64,000 nucleotides of DNA, from contig NC_091291.1 of assembly GCF_032444005.1 (NCBI RefSeq), positions 25,110,001 through 25,174,000 on the forward strand, written 5' to 3'. The position numbers and the translations under genes are program-made. Below are positions 1 to 12,700 of the stretch, piece by piece. The notes beneath the pieces are model-generated. The model was not told the DNA's origin. It saw only the letters and a program-made list of their open reading frames with translations, and ran no database searches. Every line of letters begins with the position of its first letter. Within the stretch, counting starts at the first letter, position 1. Origin of the DNA: Ranitomeya imitator. Its lineage: Eukaryota.

Positions 1-689
1 AGAAAAACTGACTGAACAGCAATCTAATCTGAACTGGTGCATAACCAAAAAATATAATAATATAAACCGTAAATCATCAACAATCTTGAAGCCTAGTCAG
101 ATCCATGACCAAAATCACTATGATATCACAATGCATTTATGACTTCTAAGGCCTATTTGGTGCAGGAAGCCCTGGCACTGAATGAAGATGACAGAAGAGC
201 CAAAGACCATGGCTGGAGGACTGTACGGTAGGGTTGTAGAGACGAAACAAGTGAACGTTTTCTTTTTTTTTTCAGGCACTGTACAGTTCAAATTCATGAC
301 AATTCAATTCACCTTGCATAAAATATATTTGACATCAAATTTATATAAAGTATCCACTTTCTACTAATGCTACTGCATATGTCTAACGGTTCTAAGTACA
401 TGTCTTGCTACTTCGAGATAAGGCATGTTTTACTGGCTAAGCTACTCATGATAAGTATGTGATTATGCAGAAAACTGTAGTTATTTATGGCTATGTAAGT
501 ACAATTACTATTTCAACATTCTATATCATTTTTCATTAGGACAGAACAGAGTAAAATCAATGGAGTTAAAGATAGTGATTTCCTTATAGAAGCCCTCCTC
601 TTTCTCCTCTTCCTCCTTCTCCTCCTCCTCTTCATCCTTCTCCTCCTCATTTTCTTCCCATCAAATTTTTTTTCCTCCTATTATAGTGC

Positions 690-1068
690 AGTCATCATAT
701 TATACAGCACTGTGGACTTACAATTGCTTATTTTGCCTTTCTACCAAGTTAATTCTCTGCTATATGTAGTAGCAGGAAGTCTCTTTTCTCTGTATTTATC
801 ATTACCCTCTTCAACTCCTGACCCAGCTGCTCCCGCCTCACCATGACCCATGACTAATTCAGGGAAAAGAGACCTCCTGTTTCTACATAGAGCTTAGATG
901 GATTCAGCTCATCAGATTTTAATCACGTGATGTTACTGATCTAATAGAAAAGAGAAGAATTATCTGGGTAGAAAGGTAAAATCAGCAATTGTAAGTACAC
1001 AGTGCTATATAATATGATGACTGCAATATATGAAGAGGATAAAAACTTATTCATTAGAGTAGCTTTGA
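690..1068. mobile_element. TTAA-type non-autonomous DNA transposon (MITE) overlapping the stop codon of gene A
   Basis: Alignable over about 370 nt to the TTAA-flanked element at 28478-28906. The right end agagtagctttga is at 1056-1068. The left boundary is uncertain. Confidence 0.6.
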
Positions 1069-4000
1069 TTATGATGTAACTTATAACAGTTCACAAACTT
1101 CTTCTTTAGTTCTGAAACCCCAATGGCGCAGTCAAAGTTAAATTTGCAGGAATCAGAGTTCATACAACCTTTTACTGAATATTTTCCCTCTGTGTCACCT
1201 GGAGAGAAAAGAAAATAACAGACATCATTAGGTTATGATTTACTAGTGATTTTTAGTGAATATTATACATTACATTGCTTTATACATATTTTAAAAATAA
1301 ACATCACCTTACCTGGATCCTTCGTGTCTCCTCTAAACTCAAAACATTGGTCCATGGATCCAGTGCAATTCATCTCTTTCTCTGTTTTACATTCCTGAAA
1401 ACTGCCTTTACAGTAGGCAGTTGGACATTTTACACCATTTGGGGTTGGATCTTCTGCAGGAACTGGTGATAAAGATATAATGGTTGTTATCATTAAGCAC
1501 TTTCATTGAGTTATAACTTTAAGTGTTTTGTTTAGACACGAGCAAATAATTAGAAACGTGAATTTTCCAGCTTCAGCAAATTTTTCTCCAAAAGTTTTTT
1601 CTTCCACTACATTAAGAGGAAAAGACTCAAAAGTGAAAGTGTTGGTCCTCTAAAAAAAATGGGTTGAAATGATGGAAGAAGATAAGGAAAAGATCAATCT
1701 ACTAAATATCTGCTCTACAGCATTTCAAGAAGAAAAACCTATGAATGATGACATGGTCACTGATACCATGAATTCTCCATTAAATATTACCAGCTTATTC
1801 AAACACTACAGTGCAGACTGGACTAGGTTAACATCGTGGAAGTTCTAAATCTGGACCTTTCAAAGGTGTTTGGTAACCTGACACATAAAGGGATGGTACA
1901 TGAAGTGAGAACAATGGAAAAAGATGTGCAATTAGGTTAACAACTGTCTCAGTGACAGGAAACAAATGGTGATTATTCTAAGAACACACTGGCTGGATTA
2001 CAGTTAACCATTGGGTACTACATGGGTCAGTACTGAGCCCTCTTCTTCCTAAAGGCCCCGTCACACATAGCGACGCTTAAGCGATCCCGACAACGATACG
2101 ACCTGTCACGGATCGTTGCTGCGTCGCTATGTGGTCGCTGGTGAGATGTCACACAGTGCGATCTCCCCAACGACGCAGCAGCGATGCGGCGACCTGTAGC
2201 GACCTGTACAACGATGCTATTTCATGACGATTCTATGGGACGTCCTATCAACGAGGTCGTTGGTAAGGTGTCAAACACAGCGATGTGTGCTACCCAGCGG
2301 GACCTCAACGATCAAAAAACGGTCCAGGCCATTCCGACACGACCAGCGATCTCACAGCAGGGGCCTGGTCGCTGCTACGTGTCACACATAGCGAGATCGC
2401 TACTGAGGTCGCTGTTGCGTCACAAAACTTGTGACTCAGCAGCGATCTCGCTAGCGATCTCGCTGTGTGTGACGGGGGCTTAACACATTTATCAATGACC
2501 TTGTAGAGGGCATCAGAGTAGAAGTTCAAAATGTACAGATTATTCTAAACTCTGCAGGGTAATCAATGCAAAAGAGGATGATATAGCATTACGGAAGTAT
2601 TTGTAGAACTTAATGTCTTGGTAGTGTAAGATTGTAGTAGCATCGTACGCAGTGAAGAGGCAGTGACCCACAAAGTTCCAACACAAAAGCCTGTATAATG
2701 TGTTTCCTCACAGCATTAAAGTCCCATTCACACAAATGCATATAACTTCAGTGTATATTATCAGTGATCAGTTTACACCAGTTCATAGCGATACATATCA
2801 CATGGCTTTAGATTTGAGGTCCCTAAACAGGCCAGACTTCACTTGTCCAGTTTCCCTGGGCAACCGCACGCCATATTACAGTCTCCATACACACAGCCTC
2901 ATATGTCGCAGACACTACACACGCTAGCCTTCCTCTGACTAGTTCCCGTGGGTGTCTTGCATCACTGTATCACAGTCTCTTACAGTCTCTTTACTCACAC
3001 AGTTGTACACAGTCCAGGATATCCTCCAGATAGCAGCCGGGCACCATATCCACCTGTTTGCAATCGTTACACATGCTAGTCCTCTTTCTGGCACAGGATA
3101 TCCACCTCCGGGCACAGGACTGTCCACATCCAACTCCTTCGGGAACAGGACATCCACCTCCAGGCACAGGACTGTCCACATCCAACTCCTTTGGGTACAG
3201 GACATCAACCTCCGGGCCCAGGCCTGTCCACATCCAAGACCAGTACCATGGACGACTTGCATCACTGTATACGCTGCGGGTGCCAGGCTATTCAGCTGCC
3301 CTGGGTGCTGGCTCCACTGGCCTGTGCCTCCATGCACTCAGCCACTGCTCTGCAGCCCTCTGCTCTGCACACCACCACACACCAGACTGACACTGACGTG
3401 CACCTCACACACCTGACACACCCATACCTCTTACTGCAGGGCTTTTAACACACACAAACCTGTGGCCTTCAACCACATGGAAAACCCGGATTGGGAATCC
3501 GTGACTCCCATGCACACCTATGGACTTCATCCGTCTGCTTGCACATTCTGGGGAGCCACAGCCTCACAGTAGAGAAAATGTTTACTTAGGAAAATGTAAG
3601 GTGCACATGGGACAAGGAAACAAAATGTACGGTTAGGTGATAATTAGTAAATCATACATTAAGAATGTCACTTAGAAAGAATTGTGTGCATTGCATGTAG
3701 TGGTGGAAAAAAAATCGCACCATTAGTGACATGTGAATAATAACACAGCATGAGCAGCAATAAGGAAAAAGGTACTAGAGACACACTCTAGGGTAAATAT
3801 TTAAACGAACACAAGAGACAAGAGTGCAGGAAAATCTCATAAAAGTTTACATCTTTTATTAATATATAATTTAAAAATATGAAAAACATACATACAGAAA
3901 AAAAACAGAGTATTCCAACAAATGGTCCAGTACATACATAAAGTATAGAAAATGTATAAACTTGAAAAGACAAAAAGTTTAGAGCATGCAGTGACCACCC

Positions 4001-6518
4001 CTAGCCTAAGAGCTTAGTGCTATGACTATCCATAAAAGATCTGCTAAAACAATGAATGTAAGTAATATTTGCACTTAACTGGTGTCTCCAGATGGGGAGA
4101 GAGTAAATGTGTACTGGTCCAAAGGCCCCTTTGCGTGTTTCACCAGTAGCTTCATCAGAGGGTGTAGAGATGATCAGTTATATAGCTACTAGATGGAGGC
4201 CCGATTCTAATGCATCAGGTATTCTAGAATATGCATGTCCACGTAGTATATTGCACAGTCCACGTAGTATATTGCCCAGCCACATAGTATATTGCCCAGC
4301 CCACGTAGTATATTGCACAGTCCACGTAGTATTTTGCCCAACCACGTAGTATATTGCACAGTCCACGTAGTATATTGCCCAGCCACGTAGTATATTGCCC
4401 TGTTACGTAGTATATTGCCCAGCCACGTAGTATATTGCCCTGTTACGTAGTATACAGCACAGAGCCACGTAGTATATTGCCCAGTGAAGTAGTATACAGC
4501 ACAGAGCCACATAGTATATGTCCCAGTGACGTAGTATATTGTCCAGTCCACGTAGTATATTGCCCAGCGACGTAGTATATTGCCCAGCGACATAGTATAT
4601 TGCCCAGCGACATAGTATATTGCCCAGCCACGTAGTATATTGCCCTGTTACGTAGTATACAGCACAGAGCCACGTAGTATATTGCACAGCGACATAGTAT
4701 ACAGCACAGAGCCACATAGTATATTGCCCAGCCACGTATTGTATTGGCCAGTCATGTAGTATATTGCCTAGCCACGTATGTCACAGGTTAAAAAATAAAA
4801 AATAAACATATACTCACCCTCCGAAGGAGCCCTTGTAGTCATGTCACCTGTGTGCGGTGCACTCGGCAGCTTCCGGTCCCAGGGTTGGTAGCGCAGGACC
4901 CGTGATGACGTCGCGGTCACATGACCGTGACATCATGGCAGGTCCTTGTCGCATACCATCCTTGCCACCGGAACCTGCCGCTTGCATAGAGCGGTAACCG
5001 GAGCGTTGCGAGGAGCGGGAAAGGCGGCGGATGGTGAGTATATAATCATTTTTTATTTTTTTATTATTTTTAACATTAGATCCTTTTACTATTGACGCTG
5101 CATAGGCAGCATCAATAGTAAAAACTTGGTCACACAGGGTTAATAGCGGCGGTAATGGAGAGCCTTACCCGCGGCTTAACGCGGTCCGTTACTGCTGGCA
5201 TTAACCCTGTGTGAGCGGTGACTGCGGGGAGTATGGAGCGGGTGCCGGGCACTGACTGCAGGGGAGTAGGGAGGGACTAATCCGACTGTGGCCATCGCTG
5301 ATTGGTCGTGGCAGCCATGACAGGCAGCTGGCGAGACCAATCAGCGACTTGGATTCCATGACAGACAAAGGCCGCGACCAATGAATATCTGTGACAGAAA
5401 GACAGACAGACAGAAAGACGGAAGTGACCCTTAGACAATTATATAGCAGATGATTATCATCATTGTGTCACTTACGTTCATATCCATCAGTGTTGCATAA
5501 ATTTCCAGTACAACAATTCATATAAAATCGATATTTGACATTTTCCATTACTGCTGATCCCTTGGCTCCGCATAAAGTTTCATTGGCACAACCCTTCAAT
5601 ATTGAGTTATACACAGTTCCATCTGCAATGTGAATAAATATAAGGCTTAAAACTAAAACTGAAATAGTAAAACGGCAATTTGGAAACAGGACGCTTAGAC
5701 TTGTACTCACTGTTGTAAGCGTGTTGAGACCCAGTCATACATCGATCTCCGAGGCATTCAGTCTCAGTCTCATTACATGTTGTAGAGTTGCGAGAGAAGC
5801 AGGAATAACATTTATAAGAAAAGACTGGAAAATAAAGAGGACAATCCAGTGATGTTATATGGAGACAGTGAAAATGAGGCATTCTGGAGTAATGGTGACA
5901 TTTCTGGTTGTCATCCATTTAGAATCATGTTTTTCATCATCAATGCCAATTTGCCAACATTGCGACCTTGATGACACAGCAACTTGAATTCTTGATGCGT
6001 GTAAGTTTTAATAACAATTCCCTCAATTATAGTTTGCTGCCTTTTTTTCTTGACTATTAATCATTTTGAATTACTTTAGTATTTGTGTCATAAATTTGGA
6101 AACGTGCTTTAACCTCTACGTTTTTTTTTTTCCCTAAGGCAGTTAATTAGAGATTATTAAATTTCTTAGAATATAATTTAATTCTATTTGAACCGTAGAA
6201 AAATCTGTATTCTCCCAAATATATATATATTTTTTTTTCAATTTCTCTGCGTTGATTGTGTAAAATGGCAGCCAGATGAACCATAAAGGATAGGGCGAAA
6301 AGTTAGAAAATAAACTCTCTTTGGCTTGGAGTGAAAAAGGCAAAACAAAAGGTGTGATGGAGAAAAGAGAAAATAATAGGCGCTGAGTTTCGAGTAGGTC
6401 AGATGAATGGCGAGGCAAGTGCTAGCTTTTTCTTTTCTTGATCTGAAGTCTGAATAATAGTCTTACCTGAGCCGACAAGAGCAGAGGTCACGCAAACCAA
6501 AACGACCAGGTTCTTCAT
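1047..6518 (-). CDS. Gene A: secreted two-domain Ly6/uPAR (three-finger) protein, gamma-PLA2-inhibitor/PINLYP/SPF-like, 204 aa, 5 coding exons
   Basis: Exons 6518-6467, 5824-5711, 5622-5476, 1462-1313, 1198-1047 (52+114+147+150+152=615 nt), all GT-AG, all phase 1, no internal stop. Protein: MKNLVVLVCVTSALVGSVFSYKCYSCFSRNSTTCNETETECLGDRCMTGSQHAYNNGTVYNSILKGCANETLCGAKGSAVMENVKYRFYMNCCTGNLCNTDGYELPAEDPTPNGVKCPTAYCKGSFQECKTEKEMNCTGSMDQCFEFRGDTKDPGDTEGKYSVKGCMNSDSCKFNFDCAIGVSELKKKFVNCYKLHHNQSYSNE. Signal peptide, 10-Cys domain ending CCxxxLCN, second domain lacking that terminal pair, no GPI-type tail. Confidence 0.9.
2053..2480. mobile_element. PIF/Harbinger-type MITE (intron 3 of gene A)
   Basis: TIR AGGCCCCGTCACACA / TGTGTGACGGGGGCT, TAA target duplication at 2050-2052 and 2481-2483, internally palindromic. 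Confidence 0.85.
2633..3568. mobile_element. Probable solo LTR with internal ~50-nt tandem repeats
   Basis: TG...CA bounded segment with three imperfect repeats (ccacctccgggcacaggactgtccacatccaactcc) at 3040-3240. No TSD seen. Confidence 0.3.
4189..5450 (-). mobile_element. Non-autonomous Helitron (intron 3 of gene A) with ~20-nt minisatellite
   Basis: On the minus strand it begins TC after A, ends CTAG before T, and has a subterminal hairpin (cccgat...atcagg). There is no TSD. The minisatellite cacgtagtatattgcccagc spans about 4240-4770. Confidence 0.8.
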
Positions 6519-6583
6519 CGTGGATGATTGGGTGGCTTCTCGGTTTCCTTTCTGTTCGTCCTCTTGTCTGTACACCGAAATTC

Positions 6584-6702
6584 TATAAATATTCTTTGGG
6601 AAGGTAAAGAAACTATTGCGTCATGGAATGGATGAGATCTCTTCCATAACACTTTCCAAGTCTCAATAGTTAAATATTTATCATGGTATGACTATGACGT
6701 GA
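6584..6702 (-). promoter_or_regulatory. Gene A proximal promoter (TATA-like box plus conserved TGACGTGA motif)
   Basis: TATTTATA on the minus strand at 6591-6584, about 65 nt upstream of the ATG. TGACGTGA (+) at 6695-6702. Both are conserved in all four paralogs. Confidence 0.6.
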
Positions 6703-7736
6703 TGACCTATAGTGTGAGTCCATCAGAATATCTACAATTTTATCTTGCCAAATACAGTTGTGTCATGTTTGTTTTTTGGGTAATGTTTAATAATTATCTC
6801 AAAATAATATATTTACTTTCCCTCCAGAAATGTAATTGAATACATTTTGGTTGTGTACACGGGCTTCCTATTGTTTGTTTCTCCCGCAGGTCTCTTACAT
6901 TTCCAACACTGAAATCCTTTTCTAAATGCTACTAAGTAATCTTAACCTGATAATTTTTATAACATATCTTTTTAGATGTTGAAGCTGTCCGTTTATGGTT
7001 TAAAGCTCGAAATCCCTCGCATAGACATAGATGGAATATTCAATCTATACCAAAACATCAAACACCACAGTAGCCTTGTATGGATCAAATATATCAAGAT
7101 GGAAATACAATAAAATAAACTTTATTAAATACCTCAAACGGCTGGACAGATACAGATTGCAAAATATGACAAATGACGCAACAATTAAAAATCACAAGTT
7201 GTAGAGGAACACGGCCCATATTGTTCTTTAGTTTGATTATTTTTTTTAAATCTGGAAAATTAGAACTGTCTCTATTTATAAAAAAAAATAATAAAAATTG
7301 AAACGAAAAGAAAACTTTGAAAGCCTATATTTCAAAAAAGAGTATTGTCAAAAATTAGCAGTTGGTGGATATGTTTGTCTGCGTAAATTTCATGTTGTTT
7401 ATTCTTCTTCTATCAGTCAAAATATATTGAATTTCCAATACTGAAGGCAATTTCTATTTTCTTGTTTTAAAGGGAAATCTGCCTCTACGTTTTTGTCACC
7501 TAAACTGGGAGTGGCATAATGTGTCACGGGGTTGCTTGCTGTAGTTTTGATAAAATCAGTGTTTTGATAGCAGGGGATTATAACTAGAGGGCTAGTAAAA
7601 CTGCTTCCTATATGTCAATTAGCACACAATTGATTGGCCGCTTTCTGTTAACGCACAGCGAACACTGTCAATCAGAAGTGTGGGAGAAGTTGCACAGAGC
7701 TCAGCATTTGGAGAACCGGTAGATCTGCAGCATATA

Positions 7737-9367
7737 CAGTTAGGGCCAGAAATATTTGGACAGTGACACAATTTTCGCATGCCACCACATTGGATTTGAA
7801 ATGAAACCTCTACAACAGAATTCAAGTGCAGATTGTAACGTTTAATTTGAAGGGTTGAACAAAAATATCTGATAGAAAATGTAGGAATTGTACACATTTC
7901 TTTACAAACACTCCACATTTTAGGAGGTCAAAAGTAATTGGACAAATAAACATAACCCAAACAAAATATTTTTATTTTCAATATTTTGTTGCAAATCCTT
8001 TGGAGGCAATCACTGCCTTAAGTCTGGAACCCATGGACATCACCAAACGCTGGGTTTCCTCCTTCTTAATGCTTTGCCAGGCCTTTACAGCCGCAGCCTT
8101 CAGGTCTTGCTTGTTTGTGGGTCTTTCCGTCTTAAGTCTGGATTTGAGCAAGTGAAATGCATGCTCAATTGGGTTTAGATCTGGAGATTGACTTGGCCAT
8201 TGCAGAATGTTCCACTTTTTGGCACTCATGAACTCCTGGGTAGCTTTGGCTGTATGCTTGGGGTCATTGTCCATCTGTACTATGAAGCGCCGTCCAATCA
8301 ACTTTGCAGCATTTGGCTGAATCTGGGCTGAAAGTATATCCCGGTACACTTCAGAATTCATCCGGCTACTCTTGTCTGCTCTTATGTCATCAATAAACAC
8401 AAGTGACCCAGTGCCATTGAAAGCCATGCATGCCCATGCCATCACGTTGCCTCCACCATGTTTTACAGAGGATGTGGTGTGCCTTGGATCATGTGCCGTT
8501 CCCTTTCTTCTCCAAACTTTTTTCTTCCCATCATTCTGGTACAGGTTGATCTTTGTCTCATCTGTCCATAGAATACTTTTCCAGAACTGAGCTGGCTTCT
8601 TGAGGTGTTTTTCTGCAAATTTAACTATGGCCTGTCTATTTTTGGTATTGATGAATGGTTTGCATCTAGATGTGAACCCTTTGTATTTACTGTCATGGAG
8701 TTTTCTCTTTACTGTTGACTTAGAGACAGATACACCTACTTCACTGAGAGTGTTCTGGACTTCAGTTGATGTTGTGAATGGGTTCTTCTTCACCAAATTA
8801 AGTATGCGGCGATCATCCACCACTGTTGTCATCCGTGGACGCCCAGGCCTTTTTGAGTTCCCAAGCTCACCAGTCAATTCCTTTTTTCTCAGAATGTACC
8901 CAACTGTTGATTTTGCTACTCGAAGCATGTCTGCTATCTCTCTGATGGATTTTTTCTTTTTTTTCAGCCTCAGGATGTTCTGCTTCACCTCAATTGAGAG
9001 TTCCTCATGTTGTCTGCTCACAGCAACAGCTTCCAAATGCAAAACCACACACCTGGAATCCACCCCTGACCTTTTAACTACTTCATTGATTACAGGTTAA
9101 CGAGGGAGACGCCTTCAGAGTTAATTGCAGCCCTTAGAGTCCATTGTCCAATTACTTTTGGTCCCTTGAAAAAGAGGACGCTATGCATTACAGAGCTATG
9201 ATTCCTAAACCCTTTCTCCGATTTGGATGTGGAAACTATCATATTGCAGCTGGGAGTGTGCACTTTCAGCCCATATTATATATATAATTGTATTTCTGAA
9301 CATGTTTTTGTAAACAGCTAAAATAACAAAACTTGTGTCACTGTCCAAATATTTCTGGCCCTAACTG
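7737..9367 (-). mobile_element. Full-length Tc1 DNA transposon (1631 bp)
   Basis: Perfect 35-bp TIRs (cagttagggccagaaatatttggacagtgacacaa) and TA duplications at 7735-7736 and 9368-9369. Confidence 0.97.
7978..9008 (-). CDS. Tc1 DD34E transposase, open through the catalytic domain but with the native ATG out of frame
   Basis: Motifs ILWTDETK, QMDNDPKH, SPDLNPIE (D-34-E) and an N-terminal HTH. The ORF track start at 9063 is GTG. The ATG at 9008-9006 is one base out of frame. Confidence 0.85.
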
Positions 9368-9760
9368 TAGAACTGTAATTTTATCAAAACTGCAGCAGGC
9401 AGCCAAATTAGTGACTCATCACTGAAATCACGGTCTTTGCCATTACATCATGCTGCTCTTTGATGGGTAGCAAAAACTTGGAGACAGATTGTCTTTAAAT
9501 AATTTTATACTCTTGTTCTGATGATATTATATATCTATATGGGTTAAAGTATAATGGTTCTGAGACAGAGCTTCAAATCCCCGGCATAGGCGTAGGGATT
9601 AAAAAAAATTCTGTTCATTACTTGTAGAAGATTGAGCTATGAAATGATCTTGGCGCCTTAAACAACAGTCTTCTGGAAGCAGCTCCATTATTCATATTTT
9701 ATATTTACAAAATTGTTTTTGTGTGAACTTTAATTTGCTCCTAAATTATAGATGATAAGG

Positions 9761-12700
9761 TGTTAGGGGTCGAGTTCCCGCTTCTGCACAGGGGGAATCT
9801 CGAGCCACCTCCGCTGCGGTCTCCCATTCTTGTCCAGCCGCAGTGGAGTCTGCTCAGCAAGGACGTCGGTCCCAGCGTCTTGCTCATTCTCACTCTGTTC
9901 TGAGAGTTACTGCTGCTTCTCCAGTCTCTGCTATTAAAGTCTGTGCTGGTCAGCAGCGAGCGGACTTCTCTGGGACTAAGTCCTTGTCTGCACGTACTGA
10001 GCATGCCCAGCGTAAGGTCTCCCGTTGGAGATCGAGGGTCATGTGCTCAGGCTCTGCAGCACATTCCATTGGTCCTCTTGGCAGGTCCTAGAAGGGCAAA
10101 AGTGCTGTGGCCACTTCCTGTGCTGCTGCTATATAAACTGCGCATGACCGCACGGCCATGCGCTAGTATTGTCAAACAATTGCTAATGTGTGTATGTTGT
10201 GAGTGCAAGTCGTCCTTGGATACCCCTACCCTATAGTATGACTGTTCGCGGAAGGTGTATGGCTGCTACCTAGCGCCCGACTTATCCTACAGCACTAGTC
10301 ACACATTATAGCGTCCAGTTGCTGTGACCGCCAGTACGGCGCCGTGCACTTCCTCTGTGCTTTCCTTACCCAAGCCTGGGTGGTTAGTGGCGTTTGTCAG
10401 TGCGGCACTGCATGCTCTTCTGTTTCATTTCACACCCAGTTGCGGTGTTGCGCCAGCAAGGGTCTAATCGGACTTCAATCCCAGTTGAGGTTGAGTTCGC
10501 TGACTACTTGCTCGCGCTTTAGGTGCGGTACCGCGGTCTTGTGCCTTAACAGGATTGCTTCTTTCACGCTGGGTGAGGTTAACCCACTCGTGTATACTCT
10601 AGTGTACCGCCATATAGTCTGCTAATTGCTAGCAGCAGGTTTTCACCTGCACGGTGGACCCCGGACTGCGAACGCATCTATACCATCTGTCTTGGTGCGT
10701 TCCGCCAGTCCTAACAGAATACTAGCGCCAGGGTCTGGCTAGTAAATGGCGGAGGACCAGCGTTTACAGCGGTACATCCAGCAGCTGGAGGGAAGGTTGG
10801 CGGCTCTTGAGCGTTCAACCTCAGCTGTGGATGTTACTGCTGTCGCTGTTCAGGCTGCAAGTGTGGCTGCAGCTACCTTGTCCACTGCCGCTCCTGTACC
10901 GACGCTATCTCGCCTCCCGCTACCAGATAAATTTTCTGGTGACAGTAAGTCCTGTAAGGGTTTCGTGAGTCAGTGCTCAATACATCTCGAGCTTCTGGCC
11001 TCTCGTTTCCCTACAGAGCGGGCTAAGGTGGGCTTTATATTTTCCTTATTGTCGGACAGGGCGTTGCAGTGGGCTACGCCGCTGTGGGAGCGTGGCGATC
11101 ATGTGGTGCAGAGTGCTCCGTTATTCCTGAGCACTCTGAAACAGGTCTTTCTAGGACCTCGTGTCACCCATGACACGGCGCTCCAACTGTTGGCACTGAC
11201 TCAGGGCTCGTCCTTGGTCAGCCTTTTTGCCGTCCATTTCCGCACTCTGGCATCTGAGCTGGAGTGGTCGGATAAAGCCCTTATCCCTATATTTTGGAGG
11301 GGGCTGGCTGACCACGTTAAGGATGCTCTGGCCACTAGGGAGATTCCCGCCACACTGGAGGAGTTAATAGCAGTATCTACTCGCATTGACCTCCGTTTTC
11401 ACGAGCGGAGGTTAGAGCGAGCCCAGTGTAGGCAGAGGTTTCGGCTGGCTCCTACCTTCGCCAAACCTTTGGAATCTCCAGTCCAGGCTCCTGAGTTCCA
11501 GGAACCTAAGGTGGTGTCACGAGCGGGATCTAAGTCCCAGACCGCTCGTGCACTCCAGGGTTGCCATGTTTGCCAACAGTTAGGACATCTTGCCACCAGA
11601 TGTCATCAGCGGTCGAGGAAACGTCAGCGTCTAGTGGTAGTAGGTGGAGGTGCACTAGACACTGCGACGTTTGCCTCCAAATTGTCCTTTAAGGGGACAA
11701 TTACCTTTGGCTCATCCTCCCACTCGGTAGACCTCTGCGTGGATTCTGGGCGGAGGGCAATTTTATGTCTTCTGCCTTCGCCCAACGTCACGCAATACCC
11801 CTGGTTATGCTATCTCAACCAGTAACGGTACGAGTGGTGAATGGGTCGACACTCCCCGCACAGATAACACATCAGACCATCCCTGTTACTCTGTCCCTGT
11901 CGCCATCCCATCAGGAGATTATTTCTCTGCTCGTCATTTCTGAGGGTATTGATGAGGTCCTGTTGGGGATACCTTGGCTACGGTACCACTCTCCTCACAT
12001 CGAGTGGTCCTCAGGCAGAATTCTGGGATGTGGTGAATCATGTGGGGGTAGGTGTCACCGAGAGTGCGTTCAGGTTGCTACTACTGAGGTACCCGCAGAT
12101 CTATCCTCTCTCCCCAAGCAATATTGGTCTTACGCAGACGTGTTCTCCAAGAAGGCGGCGGAGACCCTTCCGCCCCATCGCCCCTATGACTGTCCTATCG
12201 ATCTCTTGCCTGGTGCGGAGCCTCTCCGGGGTCGAGTTTATACATTATCTCTCCCGGAGACGGAGGCCATGTCTCAGTACATTCAAGAGAATCTGGCAAG
12301 AGGGTTTATCAGGAAGTCAGTGTCACCTGCTGGGGCAGGGTTCTTCTTCGTGCAGAAGAAGAATGGGGAGCTACGTCCATGCATAGACTACAGGGGTCTT
12401 AACGCTATCACCGTTAAGAACAAGTATCCTTTGCCCTTGATATCTAAGCTCTTCGACAGGCTTCGGGGAGCAAGGGTATTTACTAAATTATATCTGCGGG
12501 GTGCTTACAACCTGATTCGCATCCGTGAGGGGGACGAATGGAAAACGGCGTTTAACACCAGAGATGGGCACTATGAGTATCTGGTGATGCCCTTCGGGCT
12601 CTGTAATGCCCCAGCCGTTTTTCAAGACTTTGTCAACGACATCTTCGGGGATATGCTTTCCACCTCAGTTGTAGTCTATCTGGATGATATTCTCATCTTT

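Larger units (their letters stand above)
7471..9494. mobile_element. TTAA-flanked (Kolobok/T2-type) MITE hosting a Tc1 insertion
   Basis: TTAA at 7467-7470 and 9495-9498; imperfect TIR agggaaatctgcctc / gagacagattgtct. Confidence 0.65.

Noticed and set aside
4178-4735. Overlapping repetitive ORFs (GQYTTW / AIYYV repeats), also at 20551-21008
   Set aside because: They are translations of the Helitron minisatellite in several frames, not genes.
4240-4770. Regularly spaced ~20-nt repeats superficially like a CRISPR array
   Set aside because: The repeats are contiguous with no unique spacers, the context is eukaryotic, and no cas genes are present.
9741-10625. ORFs duplicated at 14781-15782 and at 52483-53112 / 57476-58099
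   Set aside because: Chance frames inside LTRs; they recur only because the LTRs are duplicated.
11740-11770. Possible programmed gag-pol frameshift in gypsy #1
   Set aside because: The shift falls inside the protease DSG(A) motif and looks like loss of one G; gypsy #2 has gag and pol in one frame.
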